A stretch of DNA of 64,000 nt, taken from contig NW_027361671.1 in assembly GCF_039654945.1 (NCBI RefSeq), positions 84,258,001 to 84,322,000 on the forward strand, given 5' to 3'. Below are positions 38,410-51,118 of this stretch, piece after piece. How positions within the stretch are numbered: position 1 is the first letter of the stretch; each line of letters begins with the position of its first letter. Origin of the DNA: Dendrobates tinctorius. Lineage: Eukaryota. Made by a program: the position numbers and the translations under genes. The notes under the pieces were generated by a model that saw nothing but the letters and a program-made list of their open reading frames with translations, searched no databases and was not told the DNA's origin.

Positions 38410-39966
38410 TTAGGGGAGATAATGGTACTCAGGGGTATAGGGATAGTTGGCCTGGGAGCTGCCTGAGTCAGAGTGGTTAAAGTAATTTGTGTTGTTATTT
38501 GGTGGCCTGTACTCCACCGGCCGCTGCTGTTGGGTGGGTGGTGTTGGTCGGAACAGGTTAAAAACGCCCATTAAAATATTACTGTACGATGCTATGGGAG
38601 CAGGATCCTGTAAAGCAGTGATTGACATCTGCACCATTGTCATTAATATAGACTGCCTCCCCGGTGTCAAGGCTCGAATTTTACTGGCAATTGTCATGCC
38701 AAAGAAATCGAACTCATCCTCGCTCGTCGTCTTTCTAATCAAATCCAGTGTATCCGAGGATGCCTTTAAGGTGGTGTCAATGTGTTTTTTTTTGTTTCTT
38801 TTCTTGCTCGGCTCTCCAGACACCGGAAAGGCAGTGGCTACACAAGCTTCTGAGGAACCCGATGGTTCATCAGCTGCAGAAACAGATGTTCCTGCAGCTG
38901 ATGAAGATGGGGCTACATCAGAAGGGGTGTTACTACATGGTGCCGAGATGTCACCTGCCTCACAAGACCCTGCTCCATCTTCTGAATCTTCGACGTTTTG
39001 AATTATGTTCCCTTGAGTGGTGTGGAGAGAAAAAAGAAAAAAATGAGGATTAAAAATTACATATTTTATTCTGACCAACTGTTTGGCCAACTCCAAAAAC
39101 ATTTGATGACAACTGCGGTGCCCCATTTTCCATTGCATGATTATAACGCATGTTTGTATTTCACTCATTTGTAATCAGTGCATGCTATATATACACAGTG
39201 CAAATTATCTTTGCTGTCAATCAGCGCCAACAAATGGCAGCTAAACATGCAGTATTGGGAGAAGCTACGCCACATGTCTGAATTTATTGTAGACTGATGG
39301 GGTGCTACGCCAGATGACCTGGCCTCCACAGTCACCAGACCTGAACCCAATCGAGATGGTGTGGGTTGAGGTGGGCCCGCAGAGTGAAGGCAAAATGGCC
39401 AACAAGTGCTAAGCATCTGTGGAAACTCCGACAAAGACAGGTGGAAGACAATTTCCAAGGACTAACTGGAACCATCAGTGTGCTAAGCATTTCATAAAAT
39501 TAAAAGATGTCAAATTTCTATAACCGAGAAGTAATGCAAATAAAGAAAACTGTTTGAATGAGGTTTTTTTTTTTGGGTGAACTTACCTTCGCAATGTCCG
39601 GCTGGAGATGAGAAATTGAAGCTCTTGAAAGTATGGAAATGTTCTGCTGGTTGGGGATGCGCCACTTTTTTGACAGCTGACAAGGAATTTGTTAAATCTG
39701 TCCCGAACAGAACGCCATCGTTGTTTTACATCATTGTTTACAAAAGAAAGTCAACACCATTTTTACCACCTTTATTGCTTTATTAACACGTGATAACAAA
39801 AATCATCCTGAAAAAGTTAGTTACCAATTTGTGACTGTGTTGCTTTTGGAAAGGAGTGCCAGTCAGGGTACAGATCACTCAAAATTTTGCTCCAGCAACG
39901 ATCCCTGTTGCCACGGTCTTCGTACAGCCTGTCTGCGGGGTCCCAAAGGGCTGGGAAATCACGCAC
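38410..39966 (-). CDS. Harbinger MADF/Myb-like partner gene (exons 39966-39825, 39737-39587, 39019-38410; first exon not located)
   Basis: VRDFPALWD, RWRSVRDRF and YFQELQFL motifs; C-terminal EDEFDFFG..IASKIR helix; convergent with the transposase. Confidence 0.75.
39296..39460 (+). mobile_element. Tc1 transposase fragment in a MADF intron
   Basis: Reads MTWPPQSPDLNPIEMVW. Confidence 0.8.
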
Positions 39967-40617
39967 CTACACACAAATAGAAAATGGAACTAGGAACTAT
40001 ATCAGTTACAGTAATAAAAATCTAAAAAACAAACGTTTACATATAAGCCCTACCCATGGCCTAACCATAATCACATGCCTAACCCAAAGTAAACCTAATC
40101 CCCAGACATAATTTTCTTTTTAACATAATGTGTTAAAATCATGTAATTTTTGAGATACAAGTGTAGAATTCTGTTATATTTGTTTTTAATAGCCAAAGTA
40201 AAATGTTTAACAACTAATTTAGGTAGTGAGCACTGATATTGTATAGCTAAAAAAAATAGCCATACGTTAGCGGCTTCATATTTTTAGAATGTGAGTGAGG
40301 GGATAATACCCATTGCCTTTTCATAGGCTATTAATATCAGCCCGCAGTTGTCTGCGTTTCCTTTCTGAGTGCAAACTTGTGTGTAGACGCAACGTCCCCC
40401 CTGTATTTTGGTGCCAGAAAGGCAAAGCAGACAACTATGGGATGGTAAATGGAGGCTGGGTTGGGGTTCATAAACATGGCCTGTTTCGAGGCTCTGATTG
40501 GCCACAGTTGTATGCGTTTCTTTTCTGGCTCTAAAATTCAGGGGAGGCCTAAAAAACTATTGACGTGGGGTCCCCCTATATTTTAGGCTCAGGCAAAGCA
40601 GACAGCTGCGGCCTAAA

Positions 40618-41282
40618 GGCCCCGTCACACTAAGCGACTTACCAGCGATCCCGACACCGATATCAAGGTGTCAGGATCGCTAGTAAGTCGCTATGTGATC
40701 GCTGGTGAGCTGTCACACAGACAGCTTCACCAGCGATCAGCACAGTGATGCCGAGCGTGCGGCATCGCTGGCCATCACTGTAAAAAATAGAATTAAAATA
40801 AAAAATATTGTTATTCTCACCTTCCGATGTCCCGCGCAGTCTTCCGGCTCCGGTCCCAGTGATCTTTTGCGAGAATGACCGCGAGAATGTCACGGTCTCG
40901 CGGCAGTGACGTCTTGCGGTCATTCGTGCAAAGGATCACTGGGACCGGAGTGTGGAGAGAGGCCGGAAGACTGCGCGGGACATCGGAAGGTGAGAATAAC
41001 AATATTTTTTCTTTTTTTTTAATTTTTTTAAACCTGATAGCTGGTCTCCCGCCTGTCACACGCAGCGATGCGTGCTGGCCAGCGGGAGACCATCGACCAA
41101 AGAAATGTCCAGAGATTTCCCAGAGCGATCAGCGATACCGGCAGGGGGGCCGATCGCTGTCACAGCGATCTCGCTGGTGAGATCGCAGTCACAGCGATCT
41201 CGCTGGTGAGATCGCTGTTACGTCACAAAAGTTGTGACTCGGCAGCGATCTCGCTACCGAAATCGCTTAGTGTGACGGGGCC
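40618..41282. mobile_element. MITE of the GGCCCCGTCACAC family with an internal direct duplication
   Basis: Perfect TIR GGCCCCGTCACACTAAGCGA; interrupts a CAGCTGCGG.CT.ATAT repeat. Confidence 0.8.
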
Positions 41283-43069
41283 TTAATATCTCAAGCCAGG
41301 GAACAGGGTATTTGTGCGTAGCTTATCTTGCTATAAAAAAAAAAAACATAATTACGTGCTGTTCCCCCTAAATTTTTGTGCCCCAAAGCCTATGCAGACA
41401 GCTGCAGGCTGATATGTACAACCTGTTAAGGAGTAATCTTGGTCCCCTTTACCGGGTGGTACATATATGGCCGCAGCTGTCTGCGTAGCCATTCAGGCTC
41501 TAAAAAAAAAAAGGGGGACCCCCCAAAAAAATGACGTGGGGGTCCCCCATATTTTAGGGCCAGAAAGACTAAGCAGACAACTGCAAACTGATATTTCCAA
41601 CCTGGGAAGGGGTTAATATCCATGTCCCCTTTCCCAGGCTATGAAGATCTGCCCACAGCTGTCTGCGTTGCCATTCTGGCTCTAAAAAAAAAGGGGGACC
41701 CCCCCAAAAAAAAAATGACGTGGGGGTCCCGCATATTTTAGGGCCAGAAAGGCTACGCAGACAGCTGCGGGCTGATATTCATAGCCGAGGAAGGGGTCAT
41801 GGATATTGCCCCCCCCCCTGGCTGCAAATATCAGGCCGCAGCCGCCCCAGAAATGGCGCATCAATAAGATGCGCCAATTCTGGCACTTAGCCCCTCTCTT
41901 CCCACTCCCGCACCGCGTCGGCGGGATGTGGGGTAATAAAGGGGTTAATGACACCTTTGATCGGTGACATTAAGCCCGGTTAATAATGAAGAGGCGTCAA
42001 TTAGACGCCGATCCATTATTAATCCAATATTAAGGAATAGAAAAAAAACCAGACACATTTAATAATAATTTTTAATCAAATAAAAACCACTGTTTTTGAC
42101 AATATTTTATTGCACGCTCATTCCATTTGCGATGCCATCGATCACCTAGAGAAAAATAAAATAACAAACCAATTAGATACCTACCGTTCCGTCGCAGTCC
42201 ATTTAAACGAGTGTCCCACGTCGATCAATCATGAACAGTCACATCAGCAGATGTGACCATTCTCCATGTCACCAGAAACACACTGACAGGAGCTCTGCTC
42301 CTGCAGTGTGTAACTGCGCATGTGCCTAGAGTTTACCAGAGTTCAGTGACTCCGGTAACCTCATTTACGGCACTGCTGCGTGGGAAAGGTCACACGCAGC
42401 AGAAGAGCCGTAAAGCGAGGTCCCAGAGCGGCGGAACAACGGGAAACTCGCCCGAACGGCGGTGTATCGCCAGAAAACATCCTAGATCGCCGTGGGACCT
42501 TTGTTTTTTGGTTATTTTCGGCGGACATCATTTTTTGTTGGGGAAATGATTTTTTTTTTATTTATTCACCAACGAGGGGAGAGAGGGCTTCTGGGAACAA
42601 GATGGCCGGGCCTGGATGGTGAGTATATAGTATATGTTTTGTGTTGTATGTCATGTCTGTTACATGTATGTTGTATGTAATGTCTGTTACAGGTATGTTA
42701 TGTGTTTTGTTATGTGTTTAGCACTGTACAATTGTGCTCGGTGGCCGCAGGGCCTACTCTCCCATCACATGGCCGGATGGGAGCAGCAGGCCCATGCGGC
42801 GATTGAGCACAATTGCACAGACAGACAGATGCACACAGACAGACACATACATATATACATACATACATACCAAGTCTATCAAACGCCCCACGTCCATCTC
42901 CATGCGACGGTAGCTGTCCCTCTTCCAAGAAATCTTGTCACTGCACACTATACTCCGCCCACACACTACACTTCCTCCCGCCTTGACATAATTTCCCCCC
43001 ATTCTGCTGCGGTTTTTTACACCCAATCCGCACGAAAAACCGCAGATCTTTTTAGATCTGCGGTTTTTA

Positions 43070-43387
43070 GGGTATGTGCACACACTGCGGGTTCCGCAGC
43101 GGTTTTGGCCGCTGCGGACCCGCAGCAGTTTTAGCTGCGGTGTACAGTACCATTCAAATGAATGGTAAACAAAAACCGCTGTGTAGACGGTGCGGATTTC
43201 CTGCGGTTTTGAAACCGCAGAAAGAATTGACATGTCAATTTTTTCTGCGGAATCCGATCTCCACCATTGTGGACATGATGAAACTGCAGGACCAAACCGC
43301 AGATAATCCGCAGGTCTTTTGACCTGCGGTTTATCTGCGGTTTTTGCAAAATCCGTGCGGATAAATCCGCAGCATCTGCACACACCC
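43070..43387. mobile_element. Harbinger-derived MITE inserted into the right subterminal region of the large Harbinger
   Basis: TTA|GGGTATGTGCACAC...GCACACACCC|TTA. Confidence 0.78.
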
Positions 43388-43914
43388 TTATGCGGATTTT
43401 ACTTAGTCCATGAAATCCTATGGGTGCGGAACCGCGGCAGAAACGCAGAAAGAATTGACATGCTGCGGAAAATAAACTGCAGTTTTTCCGCAGCATGTGC
43501 ACAGCGGTTTTTATTTCTCATAGACAACAATTGCACTGTACACCGCAGCAGAAACTGCAGTGGTTCCGCAGGACAAAAACCGCTGCGGAACCGCAGCGTG
43601 TGCACACATCCTAAGTTAAGTGCACATGATTAGAATGCACAGGTGTGATTGCTGGCTCTGCTATAAAAGAGTCACAGGTGTTGCAACCATCCTTGGTGGA
43701 GGAAGGAGCTGGAGAGCAGCTCTGACAGAGCCTGGTGTGAAAGGAGTCATAGGAGATTTCCTTAGCTCTGACAGCTTGGTGGCAGCGATTCAGGAGGAGA
43801 GCTGCATGCTGGTGGTGGACTCTGTTGCCGGGAGCAAGTGCAACACAGTAAAGCTAAGTGGTGTTTCCCTAATTCTGCTTGACAACATTTTCATGATTTA
43901 AATTGATATACATG

Positions 43915-45200
43915 TACTGTGCAAAAATTTTGGGCAGGTTTAGAATAAAATGCACCAAAGTTTTTTTTTATTTTTTTTTTAAAGAAAAGAAAAGCCATTA
44001 AGTTTATTTTTATCCATTAACAAAAGAGAAATCGAAATAATTATTTGATTGTTACTGCTCAAACCAGTGTCTAAGAATCTATTTTACATTGTATGCTGGC
44101 ACACAGTTTGAGGGAATTCTGCAGGGAGGTTTTTCCAAATATCTTGAACTAACCACAGATCTTTTATGGATGTAGGCATAAATCCCTGTTTCTTCATGTA
44201 ATCCCATATAGACTCCATGCTGCTGCCATCTGGGTTCTGAGGGTGCCTTATTACTTCCAGGACTCCTTGTTCTTTACATGTTTCTATGTACACTATTCTG
44301 GCCAAATTCCCAACTCCATTTGCTGAAATTCAGGCCCAGACCTGCAAGGAACCTCCACCATATTTCATTACCTGCAGACACATTATCATACCAATTCCAG
44401 GCAACAAAATGCTTTTTTGTTGGTCAATTATTTCAGATTTTGCATCATTTTTTCTGCACCCAGGTTCCTAGATTTGTGTATATCGAGTCATTTTACTTTT
44501 TTGCATGTCAAAGGTATAGGTTTTGGCACAATTTTTCCATGAAAACTACTTGCAGCCAGACTTCTCCAAACAGATCAGTGTAGCTTGGGTACCACTGAAT
44601 TTGCAGTTAGTCCTGCTTGCTTATATAGCGCCATCATATTTTACAGTGCTTTAAAGACATCATCTCCATCCCCATTAGGGCTCAGAATCTATGTACCCTA
44701 TCAGTGTTTTTTTTGAAGTGTGGGAGGAAACCCATACAAACTCTTTGCTAGTGTCGTATTTGAACACAGGACCCCAGCACTGCTAACCACTGAGCTATCA
44801 TGCTGCACTCATGCAGGGAAGTAAGCATGGTATATCTTTCATCTGTTTCACTAAGGTCCCTTGGCTGACCACTGCGACTATGGTTCTCAATGTTGCCCAA
44901 TTCTTGTTCACAATGCTAAGAAATACAGACAGATCCGTATCCATCATGCAATACCATCAGAGAGCTATCTGATTGGCTTCAAATTTGTTCTTCAGCACAA
45001 CAAAGCCAATGTCATTAAGAACCCTCTCTAGTGTAAAGAAGAATTATTGTCCTCACAAAACCCCTGATCTCAGCATCAAGTCTGGCTGGGATTACGTGAA
45101 GAGACAGATTTGCACAATCCTATATCAATATGATCTGTGATTAGTTCTACAACATGTTTTAGATCAGCTTCTCTGCTGAGTTCTCAAAAAACTGTGCAAA
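43915..45200. mobile_element. Decayed Tc1-like remnants in both orientations
   Basis: TACTGTGCAAAA terminus; ESIWDYMK...LW...WKNLP on minus strand (44084-44305); PDL..WDY remnant on plus strand near 45050-45100. Confidence 0.55.
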
Positions 45201-46118
45201 TCACAGGTGTTGGGATCAGGACGTGGATTTCTGCCATCTTATCTGGATCTGTTTGATAATAAGGAGCACACGGGGATAAACAAACCAAGGTAAATGTAAA
45301 ACCTGCACACGACAGATTAGTCTACAGACTAGTCAAATCTCTAACCTGACTGATTTGTCTCTGCTGACCGAAGGTTGGCACCCTAAAATTATGCAGTGAT
45401 GCTCCCACTCAATTTCAGCCGACCTTGACTGCACCCTCAAATATACACAGAGTGGAACCCAAAGCTACAACAGAACAGGGTGCTCACAGAGAGAGGGTGA
45501 GGTGACGCTAAAGACGTGTACACACAGTCATACATGACAATTGGAAGGAAAATAAAAAAGGAACCCATAAAAAGGATTTGGCATACGTGAAAACCCCCAA
45601 ACCCTGAATGTATCAAAATAGGAATACAGAAGACAAAGTGAATAGGCAAACCAACCACAGGTGAAGCAATAGAAAAAACCTGCAAGATAATCCTTAACTG
45701 GGACTCCAAACATCCATCAAACTTAGAATGTAGCCAACAAAGACTGCATGTGCCAGGAAAGTATAAATATTCTCTCCCTTGCTGTGATAGGAGAAACCAA
45801 AACGGGGAGGTAAAAACAGCTGCATAGAAGTAACACTGCAGAGCAAAGACGAAAGCATTATCAGCAGTTCAGTTGGACAGGGACCACACAGGCTGTGGTC
45901 CAATAGAGAAGGAAACAGACCCACAGCCAGAGATCCTTGAATTGAGTCCCAGAGTCGAGCCATGACAGAAATATTGGAATTAAGTTATCTCTACTTATAT
46001 TCTATGACTGTTATAACGTTTATTATGAAAAAGTTTCAACAAAATAAGTTTAAAAAAAAATTTGCGTGCAAGTGTACCTTGAAAAATGCATGCCGTCTTG
46101 AAAGCAAAGGGTATTCAC

Positions 46119-46379
46119 TAGAGTTGAGCGACGGATCGGGTTTCATGAAACAAAATTCGTTTCAGATGAAACTGGTCCGACTAGGGCAAAAAAAAATGGG
46201 GAATAAAAGTCGGCATTGTGTGGATGAATGTCATCCGCTCAATGTCGACTTTTATTTCCCATTTACTTGCATTGGGGTTAGGTTCCGGACAAACTCCGAC
46301 TTTTTTTTGCCCTAGTCGGACCAGTTTCATCTGAAACGAATTTTGTTTCATGAAATCCGACCAAAGTCGCTCAACTCTA
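46119..46379. mobile_element. Palindromic hAT MITE
   Basis: TAGAGTTGAGCG TIR, ~75-bp inverted arms, perfect 8-bp TSD GTATTCAC. Confidence 0.9.
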
Positions 46380-46454
46380 GTATTCACACCAATTATTTGA
46401 TCTAGATTACTGTTGTGTATTCTCTTAGCCTTAATGTTGATCAATTAATAAAAT

Positions 46455-47328
46455 GCAATGTGCCCACGGTGCGTGTTAAAACGCACACCAAAAACCAGAC
46501 TCCTTCCCAGAAATCGCGTTTTTTTCCGTGCGATTTTACCGCGATTATGATCGTGATTTTCGTGTGTGATATTCAAGCACTTTCCAAGCGATTTTGAAGC
46601 ATCGCTTGGAAAGTGATTGTTTGACGAGTGTGACCAACCTGTCAAACAGTGTTTGACAAGTGTGACCAGGTTTTTACTATTGAGGCCGCCTATGCGGCAT
46701 CAATAGAATGTTAAAATGCTAAAAAAAAAAAAATAAAAAAAATCTGTGTATATTTACCTTCCGGCGTCCCGCGCTGCATTCCCGGGCCACAGCGTTCCCA
46801 GTAATGCCTTGCGAGACCTGTGATGACGTAGTCTCGCGTCGCTATAGCGATCTCGCGAGACCACGTCATCACTGGACCGTGCCGCAAGGCATTACTGGGG
46901 AACGCTTAGGCCGGGAATGCAGTGCGGGACGCCGGAAGGTAAATATACCCCGATTTTTTTTTTTTTACAGGGGTATGGTACCCAGGGCCTGGAGGACAGT
47001 CTCCTCTCCTCCACACAGTGGGTACCAACCGCACATGAGACGCTTAACTTCCTGCATGGTGGGCATAGCCACATGCGGGAAGTAAGCGATTCTCATGCAT
47101 TCCTATGGGTGCGGAATCGCGGCAATTCTTTACGATTCCGCACAAAAGAATGAGCATGCTGCGATTTTTTCCGCGATGCGATTCCGCAGCGGAAAAAAGC
47201 GCAGCATTAGCACAGCTTGTGCGGAATGCCATAGGAATGCATGGGGGGCATTCTGTACACGATTTTTAAACTTTCGTGCCGAAAATCGCGGCAAAAACGC
47301 TTAAAAATCGCTACGTGGGCACACAGCC
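46455..47328. mobile_element. Harbinger-like non-autonomous element
   Basis: TGTGCCCACG...CGTGGGCACACAGCC|TAA ends (left end degenerate) and a central palindrome. Confidence 0.5.
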
Positions 47329-47468
47329 TAACACTTTCTAGTTTTGAAAGCATTCTTACTTTCCAGCATTTTTTTTTTTTTTCACACCTGCCTTAAGCTT
47401 TTGCAAAGTACTAAAACTCAGTTCTGAGCCTCAAACATGATGTGAGCATAGCATAAGACATGTTCGGG

Positions 47469-47780
47469 TCAGTACATCAAGGCGTTCTTTTTCTGTTCTG
47501 TTCTGAAATCTCTGCTGTGTTGTGTTTTCACCTTAGAAGGTAAGGCTTTGGCTTCTAGATCGTCAGTCTGCTGTAAATAAAACTGAGTAGCAAGTTGTCG
47601 TGTCATGATTTTCAGAGCAAAGAACGACACCAATAGCTCAAAGCTAAGAAAAATGATATAAATTGTATGAACTGCATATTCCAGGGGTAAAATCACAGTC
47701 TGTTCATCTGTTAAAAGGAAGAGTATGATCGGCATCTGTATGAGGAAAGTCAAGAGCAGAAACCCGGACAATTCTGGAAC
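47469..47780 (-). CDS. TMEM17: TMEM17-family gene, last exon (VPELSGFLLLTFLIQMP...KKNALMY*)
   Basis: ctcttag acceptor; VPEL.GF.LL and LPLE.A.H motifs, two hydrophobic segments, TGA at 47469-47471. Confidence 0.92.
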   Translation of the reverse strand, partial: VPELSGFLLLTFLIQMPIILFLLTDEQTVILPLEYAVHTIYIIFLSFELLVSFFALKIMTRQLATQFYLQQTDDLEAKALPSKVKTQHSRDFRTEQKKNALMY

Positions 47781-48364
47781 CTAAGAGAGAATGAATAAGG
47801 AAAAACTAAGGTACAGCATCACCTATCAATTATTAAAGCACATTGTAATACAACATTTAAAACAGCTGCTCTTTTTATCATTGTGCACTGTGTTTTTCAT
47901 CCTTTAATACTTGAGACTTATTCTTCATTTGGTCTCTGGACAGAAGACGGTTACATCACTACATTAGCAGCTTTACCTTCTGTACTTTTTTTGACTCCGG
48001 TAAAGTTTAGATTTATTATAAGCAGATCCTGATCTATTAGGCCTTGGAGCGAAATGTCTAGAAACCGCATAAGACATTTTAAAGTAGTATATGCAGATTC
48101 CTGAAAAGTAATTTTTTTCCAGTCTTTTCCATGGTAGTATAAGGAAACAAAAAAACCCTGAAAACTTCCTTAAGCATCTCGCAGCTCAAATGCTATAGCC
48201 ACCTCTCAGCGTCTGTAATCGTTGATGTGTGAAGTGGAGCAAAGCGTTGCTAGATGGCCGCTCATTATAAAATGATTGCTACACATATAGAACACTTATT
48301 ATTTATCCAAAGCTTGTTTTATCAATGCTTCACATGTGCCCGTGCTCCCCCATATACAACGTAC

Positions 48365-48478
48365 CTTCTCTTGTAAGTTTCCAATGTATCCCAAGTAGAG
48401 TCTCAGACTTTCTATTATTGTGAGAATGGTGACAGCTGATATTAGGAGCCATTGATAGTAACCAGGCAGCAAACGATA
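48365..48478 (-). CDS. TMEM17: TMEM17-family gene, exon 3 (YRLLPGYYQWLLISAVTILTIIESLRLYLGYIGNLQEK)
   Basis: ttacag acceptor, gtacgt donor, 114 nt; E..RLYLGY.GNLQEK signature. Confidence 0.93.
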
Positions 48479-49030
48479 CTGTAAAAAAAAAAAAAAATAA
48501 AGCCAGAAACTGAAATTTTTAAATACGCAATAGAAATTATAATAAGTTTAATATAACTTATTATTCCTCTCGACTCCAGGTTAACAAACTACTTTAAACA
48601 ATAAATGCAACAAATAGGGCCTAGATAAATGGCACTTCCTAATGAACATATCATCCAAAAAGATCAGGGAAGCGTATAGCCATAAAATAACAGCTTTATT
48701 TCAATCAATACAAAAAGACAATCATGAAAAGGAGATGAATATCCAATAGGATACCACAAAGTGCATTGACATTACAATTCCGATAATATTGTGCCTAATG
48801 CTACAGAGAACTTGCCCCCCAGGACGAAGCTCACGTGAGACGCGCGTCGGGGACCACGATACCACAAGGTCGTATATTTCATTGTTTCTTTATGGGGCTG
48901 CCATGGCACACTTGGGGAATGAGAGCGGCACATTGTAGGAGCCTCTTGGATTACATACCTAGGCACTTGTGCTGATATTCCAATATGCTTACTACCCCAT
49001 GATAAGCTCATTGTATTTTGGCATTATTTG

Positions 49031-49031
<1 letters not shown>

Positions 49032-49086
<55 letters not shown>
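49032..49086. repeat. (TA)n microsatellite
   Basis: Directly visible. Confidence 0.95.
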
Positions 49087-49091
<5 letters not shown>

Positions 49092-51118
49092 TACTTGCGT
49101 TATATTTTCCAGACTGGGATTTCTGCTTGAACCTCACCCATTAAGACACTTTTTTACTATTTTCAGCCTATGGCTCATTGCATTATTTGATATCAGTGTC
49201 TTTTGCTGGGTACTTACCCTTATTAGTGTATTCTAGTTACTGTATTTTCTAGGACTTTGCAGACATATTTTGGCAGTGTTTCCATCTATTTAACATACCA
49301 TAAGTATCAATATCAACAGTAAACTGCGTCTAATATAAAAATGATCGGGAAGGCTGCTCAGCAAGAAAGCCAGGTTACAGCTTATAACTGCACATGGGGC
49401 AAGATCTTAAAGGGAATCTGTCACGTATTTTTTGGCATATAAGATGCGGCCACTGCCATCAGGGGCTTATCTACTGCATTCTGTAATGCTGTAGATAAGC
49501 CCGCGATGTAACCTGAAAGATTAGAAAAACGAGTTAGATTATACTCACCCGGGGGGCGGTCTGGTCTGGGTCCGGCGCCTCCTATCTTCATGTGATGATG
49601 TCCTCTTCTTTGCTTCCCGTCACGGCTCAGGCGTACTGCTCTGCCCTGTTGAGGGCAGAGCAGAGTACTGCAGTGCGCAGGCGCCGGAAAAGGTCAGAGA
49701 GGTTATAAAAAAAAAAAAGTTTCCTATTAGCCCTAAGAAACTTAAAAACTTGGGGCTAAAACATTTTAGTGGTGAAAATGTAATTTAATTTTTTCTTCAC
49801 CGCTCAATGGTATAAAATTCTGTGATGCACATGTGGTGTCAATATGATCCTAACAAAAAGAATTTGGTTCCAAAATTGTGCTGATGTAAAGTAATGTGGG
49901 AAATGTTACTTATTAACTATTACTGAGATTTAAAGGCATGAAAATTCAAAGTTTCAACATTTTCGCCAAATTTATATTTTTTCCACAAATAAACGCAAGT
50001 CATACCAAAGAAATTTTACCACTATCATGAAGTACAATATGTCACGAAAAAAACAAAATTAGAATCAGTGGGATCCATTGAAGCATTCCAGAGTTATTAC
50101 CTCATAAAAGGACAGTGGTCAGAATTGTAAAAGTTGGCCCGTCATTAACATGCAGACCACCTTTGATGTTAAAGGGGTTTTCCAGCTGAGGGCACACTTT
50201 CGGCAACCATTGCAGCTTTCCAGGGATAAAAAATGTGTAATGAACTTTAGGATTCAGCTCTGAAGCGGGACGATTGGCCGTCACGTGACAACAGGTTTGA
50301 AATACTTGTGGTCTATTGGTGCGGGTCCTAATAGTGGATAGATGATGACTTGTTTTCACCAGACACAGCTTTTAGGTACACAAATAGAAGGCAATTGTGT
50401 GGCCATCACAAAGCCCCAATATCAGCCCCATAGCAAATGTATGGGCACAACTGAAAAAGCGTGTATGAGCAAGGAGGCCTACAAATCTTCCATGGGCCGC
50501 TATATAAGTTTGACTGTTGGCCAAAGCCGTTGATATTGGTGAATTTGGCTGAAATTAGTCTTAGGCTGGTTTCACATTTGCGGTTGTGTCCGCAGCGTTT
50601 CTGCCGCATACATCTGCATGCGTCGTGCTTCCTATCTTTAACATTGTGGACGCAGGTACATGCGTTTGTATGCTTTCGGCAGCGTTGGACTACGCATGCG
50701 TTGTTTCGGCTTGTGCGACTGGGTGCGGCCAACGCAACATGTTGCAATTTTGGAGGCGGCAATTTGCCTCCGCCATATGCATGCAGCCGCTTGTGGAAGG
50801 AATGCGTCAAAACAATGCATTACAGTCTGAGAATGTATGCGTTCGCAAGCACACGCGTTTGCTAGCTTTTTCGCATGCATGTGTTTTTCCAGAGTAAACC
50901 TGTCTAGACACTGATTGGCCACCCCCCACACAAGGATAGATAAAAAGAGGGTGTGGGCACTGGCAGTCCACTACTCTACAGACTGGGAACCAGACTGGAA
51001 CCTGTGCGGATGTGAAGAATCACAACTTTGGTTCTTTGCGTATAAAAGCGAATGTCTGTCCTTTTTTTCTCTCTTTAGTACGTACTAATTTCTGTCTCTT
51101 TTCTTGCAGCATTCATAA

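Larger units (their letters stand above)
29420..43611 (+). mobile_element. Autonomous-type PIF/Harbinger (transposase plus convergent MADF gene) with nested DIRS-B, MITEs and a Tc1 fragment
   Basis: TIRs GGCTGTGTGCACACGTTGCGG / GGATGTGTGCACACGCTGCGG (19/21); TGCGGTTTT subterminal repeats continue across the DIRS insertion; flanks TTA vs TAA, so the right end is less certain. Confidence 0.72.

Noticed and set aside
45208-45967. Possible solo LTR (TGTTGGG...TGACA)
   Set aside because: TG...CA ends, but the flanks show no duplication
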